From Rebecca billardiae RCC1528 (Eukaryota; Protista; Haptophyta): DNA of 64,000 nucleotides. Below are positions 1-11,325 of this stretch, piece after piece (position 1 is the first letter of the stretch; each line of letters opens with the position of its first letter). The notes below the pieces were generated by a model, which saw nothing but the letters and a program-made list of their open reading frames with translations, was not told the origin of the DNA and ran no database searches. The DNA is taken from contig OZ251222.1 of the NCBI GenBank assembly GCA_965240325.2, positions 1 through 64,000 on the forward strand, in the 5' to 3' direction. The position numbers and the translations under genes are program-made.

Positions 1-557
1 GCTGTGCGCTCCGTGCATGATCAACCGATGATAATACCGCTAATCATCAATAGACTCGGTGAACTAGCAGCTAGTAGTTATAGGCCTAGTAGTTCCGGGC
101 CCTGATTATATACGATATATATATATATGCGGAATTATTACCCGCGGCCTGTCGTCCGAGTCGCTGGCATCGTGCGCCGCCAGTAATGACTGCATTCAGT
201 GCACTGACTGACTGAGTCGGCGGAGCCATCTGCTCTGAGCTCTCGCGGTCTCGGGATCAGTAGCAGCGTGACGAGTAGTAGACCGCTTGTTCCAAATGTT
301 CGCGCACTGACGGACAGGGGCATCAGGCCGGCATCAGCGGACTGCATATATTGATCATCATGCTTATATTAAGTTATATTTGCGCACTACCGTACAGTAC
401 TCGACGGCCTGCTCGGGCACGGTCAGCATCAGCTCGTAAATAATTATATATATATATATATACGTATAATACTCCCCTCAGTCACTGATGTAGTACTCCG
501 CCATCATCCGAATCATCGTCATGCATATGATGATGATCGTCCTGCCGGACCTGCGCG

Positions 558-1676
558 TCAGCTTTCGCGGGCGGCTGTCAGCGCCTGCTGCGCCTGGTGC
601 TGATGCTGCACGAGTGCGTCGTCCAGGCGCGGACGCCAGCACTGGCGGGGGTCATCGAACAGCTGATCTGCCACGGCGACACTTTGGCTTCCGCCCTCGC
701 CGTCGGCGCCACCCCACGCCGAGGTGCGCAGCGTGCGGAACCAGCCAACTACGCACTGCCTGTCACGCGCGGTGGGGAGCACCTCGTGCTCGATCAGGTC
801 CGAGCGGAAGAGGACGAGCGTGCCGCCCTGCGGCACGACGTCGATGATGTTTGAGGACGTGCCCGATGCGGCGCCAGACAGCCGTTGCTCGATTGCGGCG
901 TCGCGCCCCTGCTGCAGCGCCACGGGTGCGGATGTGGACATGGTGATGCCGCGCGCATGCGCGCCCCCACCGCCGCGCGCTTGGCAGGGGCTCGAGCCGT
1001 CAGCGGATGCGGTGCCGCTACGATCGTCCGCGTTCGACTCATCCGTATAAATACGCAGCTGCCCGCCCCATTCGTCCCGCCAGCCACCGTTGACGTACAG
1101 GAGCATCGACAGCGTGCGCCGGCGCTCGCGGCGGTGCAAGCTGGTGCCATCCGCCGGGTCGCGTCCGATGACTCGCCAGCCCTCGTTGGCGGCGGGCACG
1201 TCGACGTGCCGCGTGTAGTAGCCGCCGGGCGGATAATGCAGATACGCGAGCTCCGTCTCGAACGGTGTGAGCTCCTCCAGGTGCGCGAGGGCGGGCTCGG
1301 TGGCGAGCTGCGCGCGCAACGAGTCGACGGCGCGAGAGAGCGCCAAGCGCGTGTCGAAATCGCCCACGCCGGGAGCAGGGCCAGGCATCAGGCCTAAGAC
1401 GGACGAGCGCCGGATCGCATCGTCCGGCCGAGCCGCGTCGCCCGTGCCAACCGTTGCGCCTTGGAGCAGCCCCTCCTCGCGCAGCGTGCGCACGTCCTGC
1501 GAGATGCGCTCGACGTCGTGCGCGCACGAGATCCACTCCGGAGCGACGCAGAAGCCGCGGATGGCGAGCGAGCACAGCTCGTTTTGCTCGAGCGGGCGCG
1601 TGCGAAGGGTGCTTCGCGCGGCGTTGCACGCGCTGATGGCGAGGGTGATGAAGCAGAGCGCCGAGCGCGCCCCCAT
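558..1676 (-). CDS. 2OG-Fe(II) oxygenase, prolyl-hydroxylase (EGLN/SM-20)-like
   Basis: YYTRHVD (HxD), RRTLSMLLYVN..W..GGQLRIY, and DVVPQGGTLVLFRSDLIEHEVLPTARDRQCVVGWF with the distal His and the 2OG-binding Arg; hydrophobic N-terminus. Confidence 0.85.
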   Translation of the reverse strand: MGARSALCFITLAISACNAARSTLRTRPLEQNELCSLAIRGFCVAPEWISCAHDVERISQDVRTLREEGLLQGATVGTGDAARPDDAIRRSSVLGLMPGPAPGVGDFDTRLALSRAVDSLRAQLATEPALAHLEELTPFETELAYLHYPPGGYYTRHVDVPAANEGWRVIGRDPADGTSLHRRERRRTLSMLLYVNGGWRDEWGGQLRIYTDESNADDRSGTASADGSSPCQARGGGGAHARGITMSTSAPVALQQGRDAAIEQRLSGAASGTSSNIIDVVPQGGTLVLFRSDLIEHEVLPTARDRQCVVGWFRTLRTSAWGGADGEGGSQSVAVADQLFDDPRQCWRPRLDDALVQHQHQAQQALTAARES

Positions 1677-2069
1677 GCGCCTGGCGACAGTGATGAGGAA
1701 GGGGTCGGAGGGCGTGCTCGAGGCTCAACGCGGCAGATTCGGTCCTGTCGATGACTCGATGTGCAGCGGCAGGCGATGTCTGGACGCAAATGGAAAATTG
1801 AAAATGATATGATGCTGCATATATTTAACGACGTGGCAGCATCGGACAAGCGTCAGGCTCAGAGTGCAACAGACACATAGAATGCGTCCGCGCCTTTCTT
1901 CCAGGTCAGACAGTGCGCCACCCGCAGCCCTGGCCCCCTACGGGAGCGGGGCCGGGATGGAGCACCGCCTCGGCCTGGGGCACGCGGCGGCCGGCGACGG
2001 CAGTCGGCAGAGTGCCGCCGCGGCCGAGCGCCTTCCGGAGCGATTTGAGATTTTCATGAAGACATACGC

Positions 2070-2489
2070 CCGACACGAGCGGTCGCGTGGCCCGCATCTG
2101 GCCCAAACTGGCCCGTCTCGAAGGCGCGGCGCAACCCAGCAGCTGAGCGTTCGACGCGCACCGTTGGGTGAGAAGTCGACCTGGCGACGGACCGCGCGGG
2201 CGGCGGAAGCAACGCTGAACGCAGACATATCGCTCAAGGTGTGCACGCACACCGCCGGGGCACCCGAACGATGTGTCCAGCACTACACCTGACATGAGGC
2301 GGCGCAGTCGTCCAGTCGAGCCCCCCCCTGGCCCCCAGCCCCTTCCGACCTTCGTCGCGGCGAGCCGTCGGACGGCCGGTGGCGATTTTTGACGAGCGCG
2401 ACGAGCGACGAGAAAAATCGGGAGAAACGAGGCGCCCAAAATCCGAAAAAGGCTTTTTCAGTGGCGAAAATCGGGATGGACCAAGGATA
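2070..2489 (-). repeat. Decayed, truncated copy of the left end of the TIR element at 61770-63707
   Basis: Reverse complement aligns by eye to ~61770-62170 (e.g. GATTTTCGCCAnTGAAAAAGCCTTTTTCGGATTTTGGGCGCCTC); terminus degenerate (TATCCTTGGTCCA vs TAGCCTGGTCCA); no partner end found. Confidence 0.85.
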
Positions 2490-2634
2490 CTGCTGACACG
2501 GGCGGCCACAGCCGTCATCCCGACTCATCCCCGGCCCTAAGAGATTCGGGGTATTAAAGGTGTCCGTCGCTGCCAACCTCGTCTGAGGCTACAATACATA
2601 TATGCATACGCACGATGACGCGCTGCATGCAGCA

Positions 2635-4047
2635 CTAGTACGCGTGGATCGAGACGCGCCGGCTGCGCGAATCGCTCGGCGTGCAGCCTGCGGCTTCAGA
2701 CTCGGCCGCGGTCGCGCGCGCCGCCTTTGCCGCGCGGAGGAGGCGCTCGCCCTCCTCGGCGTCGCCCTCGGCGCCGACGCCGGCGAGGAGCAGCTCGCCC
2801 AGCCGCGCCTGCGCGAGCGGATGCTCCTGCTCCGCCGCGAGCCGGTAGCACCGCGCCGCCTCGGCCACGTCCTGCCGCACGCCCGAGCCCATCTGGTAGC
2901 ACCAGCCGAGCGCGCACTGCGCGTCCGCATCGCCCACCTCCGCCGCCTGGCGGAAGCAGCGCACCGCCGCGGCGTGGTTGGGCGCGGTGCCGCGGCCGAC
3001 GAGGTGGCACCAGCCCAGGTCGTGCTGCGCGGTCGAGTCGCCCTGCGCGGCCGAGAGCTTGTACCAGCCCACCGCCGCCACGTCGTCGCGGAACACGCCC
3101 TCGGCCAGCAGGCACTTTGCGCCCAGCGAGTATTGGGCGACCGCGTGGCCGCGGCGCGCGGCGCGCTCGTGCCAGCGCACGGCCTCGCACGGGTCACGCG
3201 GCACGCCGAGGCCCTCCTCGTGGCAGCAGCCCAGCTGGAACCACGCGTCCACGTACTCCTGCTCCGCCGCCGCGCGCAGCCAGCGCACCGCCTCGGCCGC
3301 GACCGCGTCGTCGGCGCCGGCCGCGCCCAGCGCCTGCAGCCGCTCGCGCAGCGCAACGCCGAGGGCGCACTGCGCGCCCGCGTGGCCCTGCTCGGCGGCG
3401 AGGCGGAAGAGGCGCTCGGCCTCGGCGTCGTCGACGGGTATGGTGTCGCTCCCTTCGTAGTAAAGCGCGCCGAGCACGAACTGCGCGTGGTCCAGCCCGC
3501 GCCGCGCCGCGCGCTGCAGCCAGCGCGCCGCCTCCGCGTCGTCGCGGCTGTCCACGCCCACGCCGTCGAGCAGCCGCAGGGCGAGCGCGCACTGCGCCTT
3601 GGCGTAGCCCTTCTCCGCGGCGAGGCGGAAGTAGCGCGCGGCCTCGCGGTCGTTCCGGGCCGTGCCCGTGCCCGTGCGCAGGTGCACGCCTAGCGAGTAC
3701 TGCGCGCGCGCGTGGCCACGCCGCGCGGCCTCGCGGAACCAGTGCACGGCCGCCGCCTCGTCGCGCGCCCGCACGCGGCCGCCCCGGGCGTGCATACAGC
3801 CGAGGTTGTAGCACGCACGCGGGTGGCCCTGCTCGGCCGCGGTCTGGAACCAGCGCAGCGCCTCCTCCTCGTCCGGATCCACGCCGTCGCCGCCGTTGGC
3901 GAGCCGGGCGCCACGCAGGAACGCCTCGTCAGCGTCGTCGCACCGCGCCGGGCCGCCGGCGTCCGCGTTGGCGAGCAGCGCGTCGTCCGAGCCGATCGAC
4001 GAGGCAGACGACGACGGAGGCGAGATGGAGCGCAGGTCTATCGACAT
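2635..4047 (-). CDS. Sel1-like repeat (SLR) protein
   Basis: About 10 repeats of A..WF..AAEQG...AQ..LG..Y..G.GV..D. Confidence 0.95.
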   Translation of the reverse strand: MSIDLRSISPPSSSASSIGSDDALLANADAGGPARCDDADEAFLRGARLANGGDGVDPDEEEALRWFQTAAEQGHPRACYNLGCMHARGGRVRARDEAAAVHWFREAARRGHARAQYSLGVHLRTGTGTARNDREAARYFRLAAEKGYAKAQCALALRLLDGVGVDSRDDAEAARWLQRAARRGLDHAQFVLGALYYEGSDTIPVDDAEAERLFRLAAEQGHAGAQCALGVALRERLQALGAAGADDAVAAEAVRWLRAAAEQEYVDAWFQLGCCHEEGLGVPRDPCEAVRWHERAARRGHAVAQYSLGAKCLLAEGVFRDDVAAVGWYKLSAAQGDSTAQHDLGWCHLVGRGTAPNHAAAVRCFRQAAEVGDADAQCALGWCYQMGSGVRQDVAEAARCYRLAAEQEHPLAQARLGELLLAGVGAEGDAEEGERLLRAAKAARATAAESEAAGCTPSDSRSRRVSIHAY

Positions 4048-4404
4048 GGTGGAGTGCAGTGCGTCTGCTCACGCGGTCTGCGATGCGCGCGCGAGGACGT
4101 CGAGGACGATAACGGACCTCGACCTCGTGTGTTACCCAATCAACCTGACGGTTCCGCGTGCTCTTCCGCACAGCGTGCCTGCTTCGCAGGAACGCATCTC
4201 GTGGGGCGAGGAACTTGTCACCCCTCGAAGGCCTTTTGTGGACCGTTCCAGTGGAACTGACTGGCGCGGGTAACAGTCAGGGCGACCGTTGGTCACAGAC
4301 GGCCTGCGGTGAAGTCCGGAGACACGGTATATTCTGTTCATCGGCCTGAGGATTCTCAGCCGAGCCTGTTCACATACTACTACGGTAGTGGAATCAAACC
4401 ACCG

Positions 4405-4452
4405 TACAGTTTACTAAGAATAAGAGACGCACACAGCTCAGGCAGGCGAGAT
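4405..4452 (+). repeat. 48-bp dispersed repeat, copy 1
   Basis: TACAGTTTACTAAGAATAAGAGACGCACACAGCTCAGGCAGGCGAGAT, identical to 41381-41428 (-) and 57530-57577 (+). Confidence 0.97.
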
Positions 4453-4481
4453 ATTGTTGTAGTGCAGAGTACGAGAAATGC

Positions 4482-4680
4482 GTCGTCGCCCCCTCCACCC
4501 TTATCGCCGCCGCCGTCACCGCGGCCGTCACCACCACCGAGTCCACCGCCAAGCTCCCCAACCAGCCAGCCACCATTTCACCAAGGTCGCCACCGAGCCC
4601 GCCGCCGCCATCTCACCGCGATCGTCGCCTCCGAACCCGTGACCCTCGCCGCCACTGCCACCGCCGCTGCCGCTAATCGC
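4482..4680 (+). pseudogene. Decayed Ser-Pro (SPPP, extensin-like) coding fragment
   Basis: Translates SSPPPPLSPPPSPRPSPPPSPPPSSP, then shifts frame; resembles the intact tract at 32920-33380. Confidence 0.45.
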
Positions 4681-7179
4681 GAGCGACGTATCGTTGAACG
4701 CGTGCGCTCGACAGCAACGCTCAATCGACGGCAACCAGACTGACTGGGACAAGGGCACTGAGACTGGACAGCAGCGGCGGGCTAACTTCTCACTAGGCGT
4801 CGCGACTCGCGAGCGCGCTCAAGGTGACCGGAAGCGAGGTTGAGATACTCGCCGTCGTCGACTCGAGCGTAGCCGTCATCTTCGACATCCTCCACCGTGG
4901 GGCGAGTGCTGAGCTGGCTTCGAGGGTCGCCGACCTTGCTGATCTCGTCCAGGCCAGGTGAGCACCGCGCACGGCTGACATCCGCGCCGTGGTGGCGAGC
5001 GCCGCGCCACGGGCACGGCGGTCGTAACTAGCTGTGTCTGGCGGTAAGTAAGCGGCTATCGTGAGCCTTACTTCTGCGCGGGTCTGGTGACGGCGGCGAC
5101 AACGGAGGCAGTGCTGGCTGCTCAAGTGGCAGAGTGCTGGCGGTAGTGGCTGTGGCAGCGGCGGCGATGACGATGAATCCGCGTCAGATTCTGATTATCA
5201 GACTACGTGGGCAACGCTTGGCTTTGGCGACGGTTGTGCCGCGCCGCCGCCGCCGCCGCCGCGGTCCGATGCCGGCGGCGCGGCCCATCCGTGCGCCCGC
5301 GCGCAGAACAGCTCGTTTGCGCGGACTCATGGCGGCCTGAGCGAGCCTGGCTACCTTGACGACCTCATCGAGCGATTGCGCACTCGACGACGTGCCGAGG
5401 TCGCTGTTCTGCGGATGGCAGCGTCTCGTTCGGGCGCACACCACAGCAGTGTGCATCCGAGTCGGATGACGGATGCGAGCAGCTCAGAGAGGCACGACCA
5501 TGCCCAGTCGGGTGCGCTGTGCGGTGCCGCGCGAGTGCGAAGGCCTTGCCTTTCACGATTCAGATCGCTCACGTCACCCTCTCCGCGTCGACCCACTGCC
5601 CACGCGCTTCTCGCGCCGTCGCGCAGATCACTGCTCATCAGCTTGCAGCTCAAAGGAGACGATGCGGTCGCGGCAGTGCGCTGGCTCGTCGAGCTGACGT
5701 GCTGCAGTCGCGGCAGCTGGGCGCCAGCTTGGCAGCTCGTGTGTGCGCTGCTTCCGCGAGCAGCTACCGGCCTCCTTCAGCTTCGTGGGCAAGCGCGCGC
5801 GATGTCTTTCCGCGGGAGTGCGCAGGGCGCAGCTGCAGCAGCAAACGCATCGTGCTCGAACAGCGCGCGAGAAAGCGGCACGGGCGATTCGAGGCTCATT
5901 CGAGTCACGGTGACTCTGTCAGGGTATATACTCTCTACACCTCACCTTCCGAGCTGGCCACCCTGTCTTGAGTCTTCGCTTCCGCCAGCCATCCGCGCGC
6001 GCACATCGGCGGTGTTGACGGCTCGGTCAGCCAGTGCGCTGGAGGACGGGCAGGGCGAGAAGCTGCCGGCTGGCAGGAGAGAACTCTGACGCTTCTGACA
6101 GGGCGCTATATGTGTCTAGCTGTCTGCTGACATGTCCCAGTCGCCGCAGGCCCTCCGTGGGCTCGGCGCCATCGAGCCTCCCGCGAGCGACCCGCGAGGC
6201 GGGCGTCCGCCATGGCATTTTGTTGTCCGCGTCGCGCCGTCGCCGACCTCGGACCTGCTGCCTGCCACGCTGGGGCGTGTCATATTCACTGACGTCATCG
6301 GATGACGCCACCGCCAGGAGGACAGAGGGAGCACGGCCGAACTCGGACTCGTGTGAAGGTCCCTCCCACTGGGACCTTCACACGTCTCGAGGGACCTTCA
6401 CACGTTCGACGAGTGAAGGTCCCTCCGCTGGCGCCGCCCGTTGGCGCTGGATGGGATGGCCGCGTGCGTGCGCGAGCGCCCGCCTCGCGTCGCGCGCCCC
6501 GCGCGCAGAGCGCGCGCTCGGCCGCGCGCGACGCGGCGAAGTCGAGGCTGACATGCCCCTGGCCCACTTCGCGCCGCGCAACGCCGCCCACGCCCATCGC
6601 CGCTCGCACGCGCAGGCCTGCCGCGCACGGCTTGGGCTTTTCAGCACAGGCTGGCGGCGGCGCGCCGGGCCGAGGGCTCGGCCGGTGTTGTGCCCCTCGG
6701 CCAGGCCGAGACTTGGCGGAGGCGCGGGTAGTGCCATCGCCTGCCCAGATCCCGGGCCTCGCCGTCAGAGTGTGCACGCGAGGCGCGCTGTCGTGGTCGA
6801 CAGGTGAGGCGCCGCGTGCTCGCCCTCGAGCGGGCAGCGGACATACCGGCAGGCGCGCGCGCACACAGCGGGGCTGTCGAGCTGCTTCCGGCTGGTTAGA
6901 TCGACGGCGCGTGCCCTGGCCCTGGTCTGGGAGGCGTGCGCGGGTTCGGAGGCCGGTGAACGCTCGGCGCGGACCCACGTGTCTTGCCGGGCACGGTTGC
7001 GCGACAGCTCTGCAGCCAGTCTCGAGGCTGAGTGGCATCAGAGCGCTTGCCGGCGTGCTGGCGGGCTCAGCCGCCGGGCCGATGCCCACGCCTTGGCCGG
7101 GATGCGACCGGCCTCCGCGTCCTCCGCAGCCGCCTGGAGCCGTCGACCCGCTGCCCACGGCCCGCGGCCGGCAGGCCGC

Positions 7180-8120
7180 TTGGCGGATGGCCAGAGGAGC
7201 AGGCGGCCGAGCCGGCTGGGCGGCAGCGAGGGTGGTGGGGATGGAGGCGGGCTCGGCGGCGGAGGCGGCGGAGGCGGGCTTGATAGCGGGCTCGGCGGCG
7301 GCGAGGATAGCAGGTTCAGTGCTGGCGATGACGGTGGGCTTGGCGGTGAGCTCGGCGGTGGCTGACGTGGCAGACTTGGCGGTGGGATCGGCTGCCGGCG
7401 GCTTGGTGGCAGCGGAGGCGGCGGCGACGGGATCGAGCTCGGCGGCGTGGTCGGAGGCGGTGCTGATGGCGGCGATGATGCTAGCGGGCTTGTTGGCGGC
7501 GATGTAGGCAGCGACGGCTGCGGGCTCAGCGGCGGGCTTTGTGGCGGCGATGTAGGCGTTGATGACGGTGGTGGGCTCAGCGGCGGGGTCGGTAGCGGCG
7601 ACGGCAGCGGCAGGCTCGAGGTGGGCTTGGTGGCGGTGATGGCGGCCGGGCTCGGCTATGGACTTTGCGGCGGTGGGCTCGGGGGCGGAGTCGGTGGCGG
7701 CGAAGGTGGCGAACCCAGCGCTAGGCTTGGCGCTGGGGTGGAGGAGACGGGCTTGGTTGTCCGTGGTGGGCTTGGTGGCGGCGATTTGGCGATGATGGCT
7801 GTGAGCGGCGGAGTGGCCGTGAGCTCGGCAGAGGTGACGGTGGCTCGGGAACGGTGGCTGGCTCGGCGGCGGCTTCGGCGGCCGCGACGGAGACGGGCTG
7901 TGAGGCGGCTAGGGCGGTGGTGTGGGATGGGATTACTGCGTCACTGTTGCCCTCGGTCAGAGCTTGGCGGGGACACAGCGCGGCCAAGCTCCGGGCGTTG
8001 GCGCTGCCGCCAGGTCGGCCGCAGGCCACCCACTCGTCGGCAAAGCTTGGGCGGCAGCGATGCCCAGACATGAAGGAGGGCACTGCGGGATCGCTGCGTC
8101 ACCTCGGGAAGGCTGAGTCC
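7180..8120 (-). pseudogene. Decayed SPPP-rich gene fragment inside the long-TIR element
   Basis: Minus strand consists of degenerate CCGAGCCCGCCG repeats with frame disruptions. Confidence 0.55.
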
Positions 8121-8982
8121 ATGAGAGAGATGATCGGCACTGCCCCGTCTGGTGGAGTTCGATGAGCTGACTTAGACTACTTTTGCGACCGTAGGCTGCT
8201 GCTCGGCCTTGTCAGAGTCGACATCCGACCTAGCGCCAGCGCGGCGCAGTACGTATCGATTGAGTCATTGCGCGGACCAGCAGCATGAGACGTCATCGCG
8301 ACTCGGAGTTCGTCACGTGCCACTCAACCGCGTCCGACCCGCCCCACTGCCACCTTGGGCAGGCGCCTGCAGACGATACGGCGGGCCAGCATCATAAGCT
8401 GCGCTCCTGCTGAGTGCTGGCTGATGATGACTGCGTCAGACGACTGCGCATTGCAGCCGCAGCCATACCGTACATACGCTCTCAGCGGGACTACGCGCGA
8501 GTTGTTCTGCCTTCTAGCGGTGCCGGCACGTGGCGCGACGATTCTGGCGTCATTATCACTTGACGACTCGACTGATCACGACGAGTGGCCCTTCTCAAGC
8601 AAGTGCAGCAGCATTAGAAGTATAGCCTACACTCGTCCGTCGTCGTCTGGTTCCCCTGAGAAGTCTTCTGGAATGCATCAGCGACATGCTCCCGCAGCCT
8701 GGTCAGTGGTCCAAGCCAGTCACATCCGGCAGCCTGACATCATCCCACATGCCGCGTGGGCAGAGAGGCGCGCTATGCCCACGCGACTGGCTTCCTAGAA
8801 GCTGCCGTGACGGAACGAGTGTCAGCAGTGGACCGCCGGCCGGTGCCGCGCGCCGCACCGCCGGGCCCAATGGCAACGAACACCCGGTGGCCGGCGGTGC
8901 GGCCCTAGGCTAGTGCGGCGGATCTATCGCGTATAGAACGACCGGCCGTGACGCGCTCTGCACCACGTACATTCAGACGCGG

Positions 8983-10622
8983 CAATGAGCAGCATGCACC
9001 ACCGTCCGGCCGTCTCAGGTCGCTGTCGTCGGCAGCCAGCCGGTGCCGGGCACGGTGGCGCCGGGCGCTCGTAGCTGAAGGACCGCGATCAAGGATTGAT
9101 TGCCAAGTCGTCAGCCGACGACTGGGAAGTTGAGCCTGATGCTGCCCGCTGCCGGTTCGCGGGACGAATGACGAGCAGCCTATGGCCCGTGAACCTGCTT
9201 CAGCTCCTAGAACTCTTCCAGACGTGGTGAGGATATCCCTCACGAACTCAGCCCTCTCGCGCTGACGCAGCGCGTCTTGCGGCCTGCTGCGTGCCGCGAG
9301 CTATCGGACAGCGCGGCCCGCCGGCCGCGGGCCTTGGGCGGCGGGTCGACGGCTCCAGGCGGCTGCGGAGGACGCGGGGGCCGGTCGCATCCCGGCCAAG
9401 GCGTGGGCATCGGCTCGGCGGTTGGGCCCGTCAGCACGCCGGCAAGCGCTCTGATGCCACTCGAGACTGGCTGCCGAGCTGTCGCGCAACCGTGCCCGGC
9501 AAGACACGTGGGTCCGCGCCGAGCGTTCACCGGCCTCCGAACCCGCGCACGCCTCCCAGCCCAGGGCCAGGGCACGCGCCGTCGAGCTGCCCAGCCGCAA
9601 GCAGCTCGACAGCCCCGCTGTGTGCGCGCGCGCCTGCCGGTCCGTCTGCTGCCCGCTCGAGGGCGAGCACGCGGCGCCTCACCTGTCGACCACGACAGCG
9701 CGCCTCGCGTGCACACTCTGATGGCGAGGCCCGGGATCTGGGCAGGCGATGGCACTACCCGCGCCTCCGCCAAGTCTCGGCCTGGCCGAGCCTGCCACAA
9801 CGAGCAGCATGCACCACAGTCCGGCCGTCTCAGGTCACTGTCGTCGGCAGCCAGCATTCGCCGGGCGCGATGGCGCCGGACGCTCGCGCGCGATCAAGGA
9901 TTGATTGCCATCAAGTCGTCAGCCGTCGACTGGGAAGCTGAGCCTGATGCTGCCCGCTGCCGGGTCGCGGGACGAATAACGAGCAGCCTACGGTCCGTGA
10001 ACCTGCGTTAGCTCCTAGAACGCTTTCAGACGTGGTGAGGATCTCCCTCACGACCTCAGCCCTCTCGCGCTGACGCAGCGCGTCCGCTGCCACTCTACGG
10101 CCCTGCTTCCTGCTGCGTGCCGCGAGCTCTCGGACAGCCCGGCCCGCCGGCCGCGGGCCGTGGGCAGCGGGTCGACGGCTCCAGGCGGCTGCGGAGGACG
10201 CGGAGGCCGGTCGCATCCCGGCCAAGGCGTGGGCATCGGCCCGGCGGCTGAGCCCGCCAGCACGCCGGCAAGCGCTCTGATGCCACTCAGCCTCGAGACT
10301 GGCTGCAGAGCTGTCGCGCAACCGTGCCCGGCAAGACACGTGGGTCCGCGCCGAGCGTTCACCGGCCTCCGAACCCGCGCACGCCTCCCAGACCAGGGCC
10401 AGGGCACGCGCCGTCGATCTAACCAGCCGGAAGCAGCTCGACAGCCCCGCTGTGTGCGCGCGCGCCTGCCGGTATGTCCGCTGCCCGCTCGAGGGCGAGC
10501 ACGCGGCGCCTCACCTGTCGACCACGACAGCGCGCCTCGCGTGCACACTCTGACGGCGAGGCCCGGGATCTGGGCAGGCGATGGCACTACCCGCGCCTCC
10601 GCCAAGTCTCGGCCTGGCCGAG
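8983..10622. repeat. Diverged tandem duplication (~810-bp unit) inside the long-TIR element
   Basis: 8983-9790 and 9798-10622 both begin CAAyGAGCAGCATGCACCAC and end AAGTCTCGGCCTGGCCGAG; each unit includes the inner part of the TIR. Confidence 0.9.
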
Positions 10623-11325
10623 GGGCACAACACCGGCCGAGCCCTCGGCCCGGCGCGCCGCCGCCAGCCTGTGCTGAAAAGCCCAAGCCGTGCGCGGCAG
10701 GCCTGCGCGTGCGAGCGGCGATGGGCGTGGGCGGCGTTGCGCGGCGCGAAGTGGGCCAGGGGCATGTCAGCCTCGACTTCGCCGCGTCGCGCGCGGCCGA
10801 GCGCGCGCTCTGCGCGCGGGGCGCGCGACGCGAGGCGGGCGCTCGCGCACGCACGCGGCCATCCCATCCAGCGCCAACGGGCGGCGCCAGCGGAGGGACC
10901 TTCACTCGTCGAACGTGTGAAGGTCCCTCGAGACGTGTGAAGGTCCCAGTGGGAGGGACCTTCACACGAGTCCGAGTTCGGCCGTGCTCCCTCGGACAGC
11001 GCTGCTCAGACTATCAGACGACCTATTGATTAGCCTATTCGATCGACTCGACTCAGGCTTGGACGCATGGTCTGACAGGCCGTCCACTCTGGACGGTACT
11101 TGCGTACGACCCCCATAGCGTCGTATTATAATAATTGTACGACACGCGACGCTGAGACAGCGCCGCTTGGCTGCCGCGGCCCGCCGTCGGGCCGTCGCAC
11201 CGTGACCGTCGGTCAAGCCATACTTGAGAACACGGGGGCACGGGCTGAGTGCCCAGCGTCGCCGTGGGCCGCTCGGTCCGAGGCGCGCGCCGCGGCCGCC
11301 GCGCTGGGCGCCGCGCCGCCGCGCC

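Larger units (their letters stand above)
6325..10993. mobile_element. Non-autonomous DNA transposon (foldback/Pack-like) with 848-bp TIRs and 5-bp TSD
   Basis: 6325-7172 and 10146-10993 are inverted copies beginning GAGGGAGCACGGCCGAACTC; flanked by direct repeat GGACA at 6320-6324 and 10994-10998; no transposase ORF recognised. Confidence 0.9.

Noticed and set aside
4405-4452. 48-mer as a Nextera/Tn5 adapter (shares ATAAGAGAC) or a spliced leader
   Set aside because: The rest does not match the mosaic end AGATGTGTATAAGAGACAG; there is no GT donor after the unit and one copy lies 3' of a gene. A formal vector screen is still advisable.
4750-6300. Possible gene or TE remnant between the SPPP fragment and the long-TIR element
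   Set aside because: No recognisable motif or consistent frame; left unannotated.
6351-6423. Short regularly spaced repeats resembling a CRISPR array
   Set aside because: Mixed orientation, spacers of only ~7 bp, located inside a TIR, eukaryotic context and no cas genes.
6034-11029. ORFs within the long-TIR element as a transposase
   Set aside because: Low-complexity translations mirrored on both TIRs; no DDE, zinc-finger or HTH motif visible.
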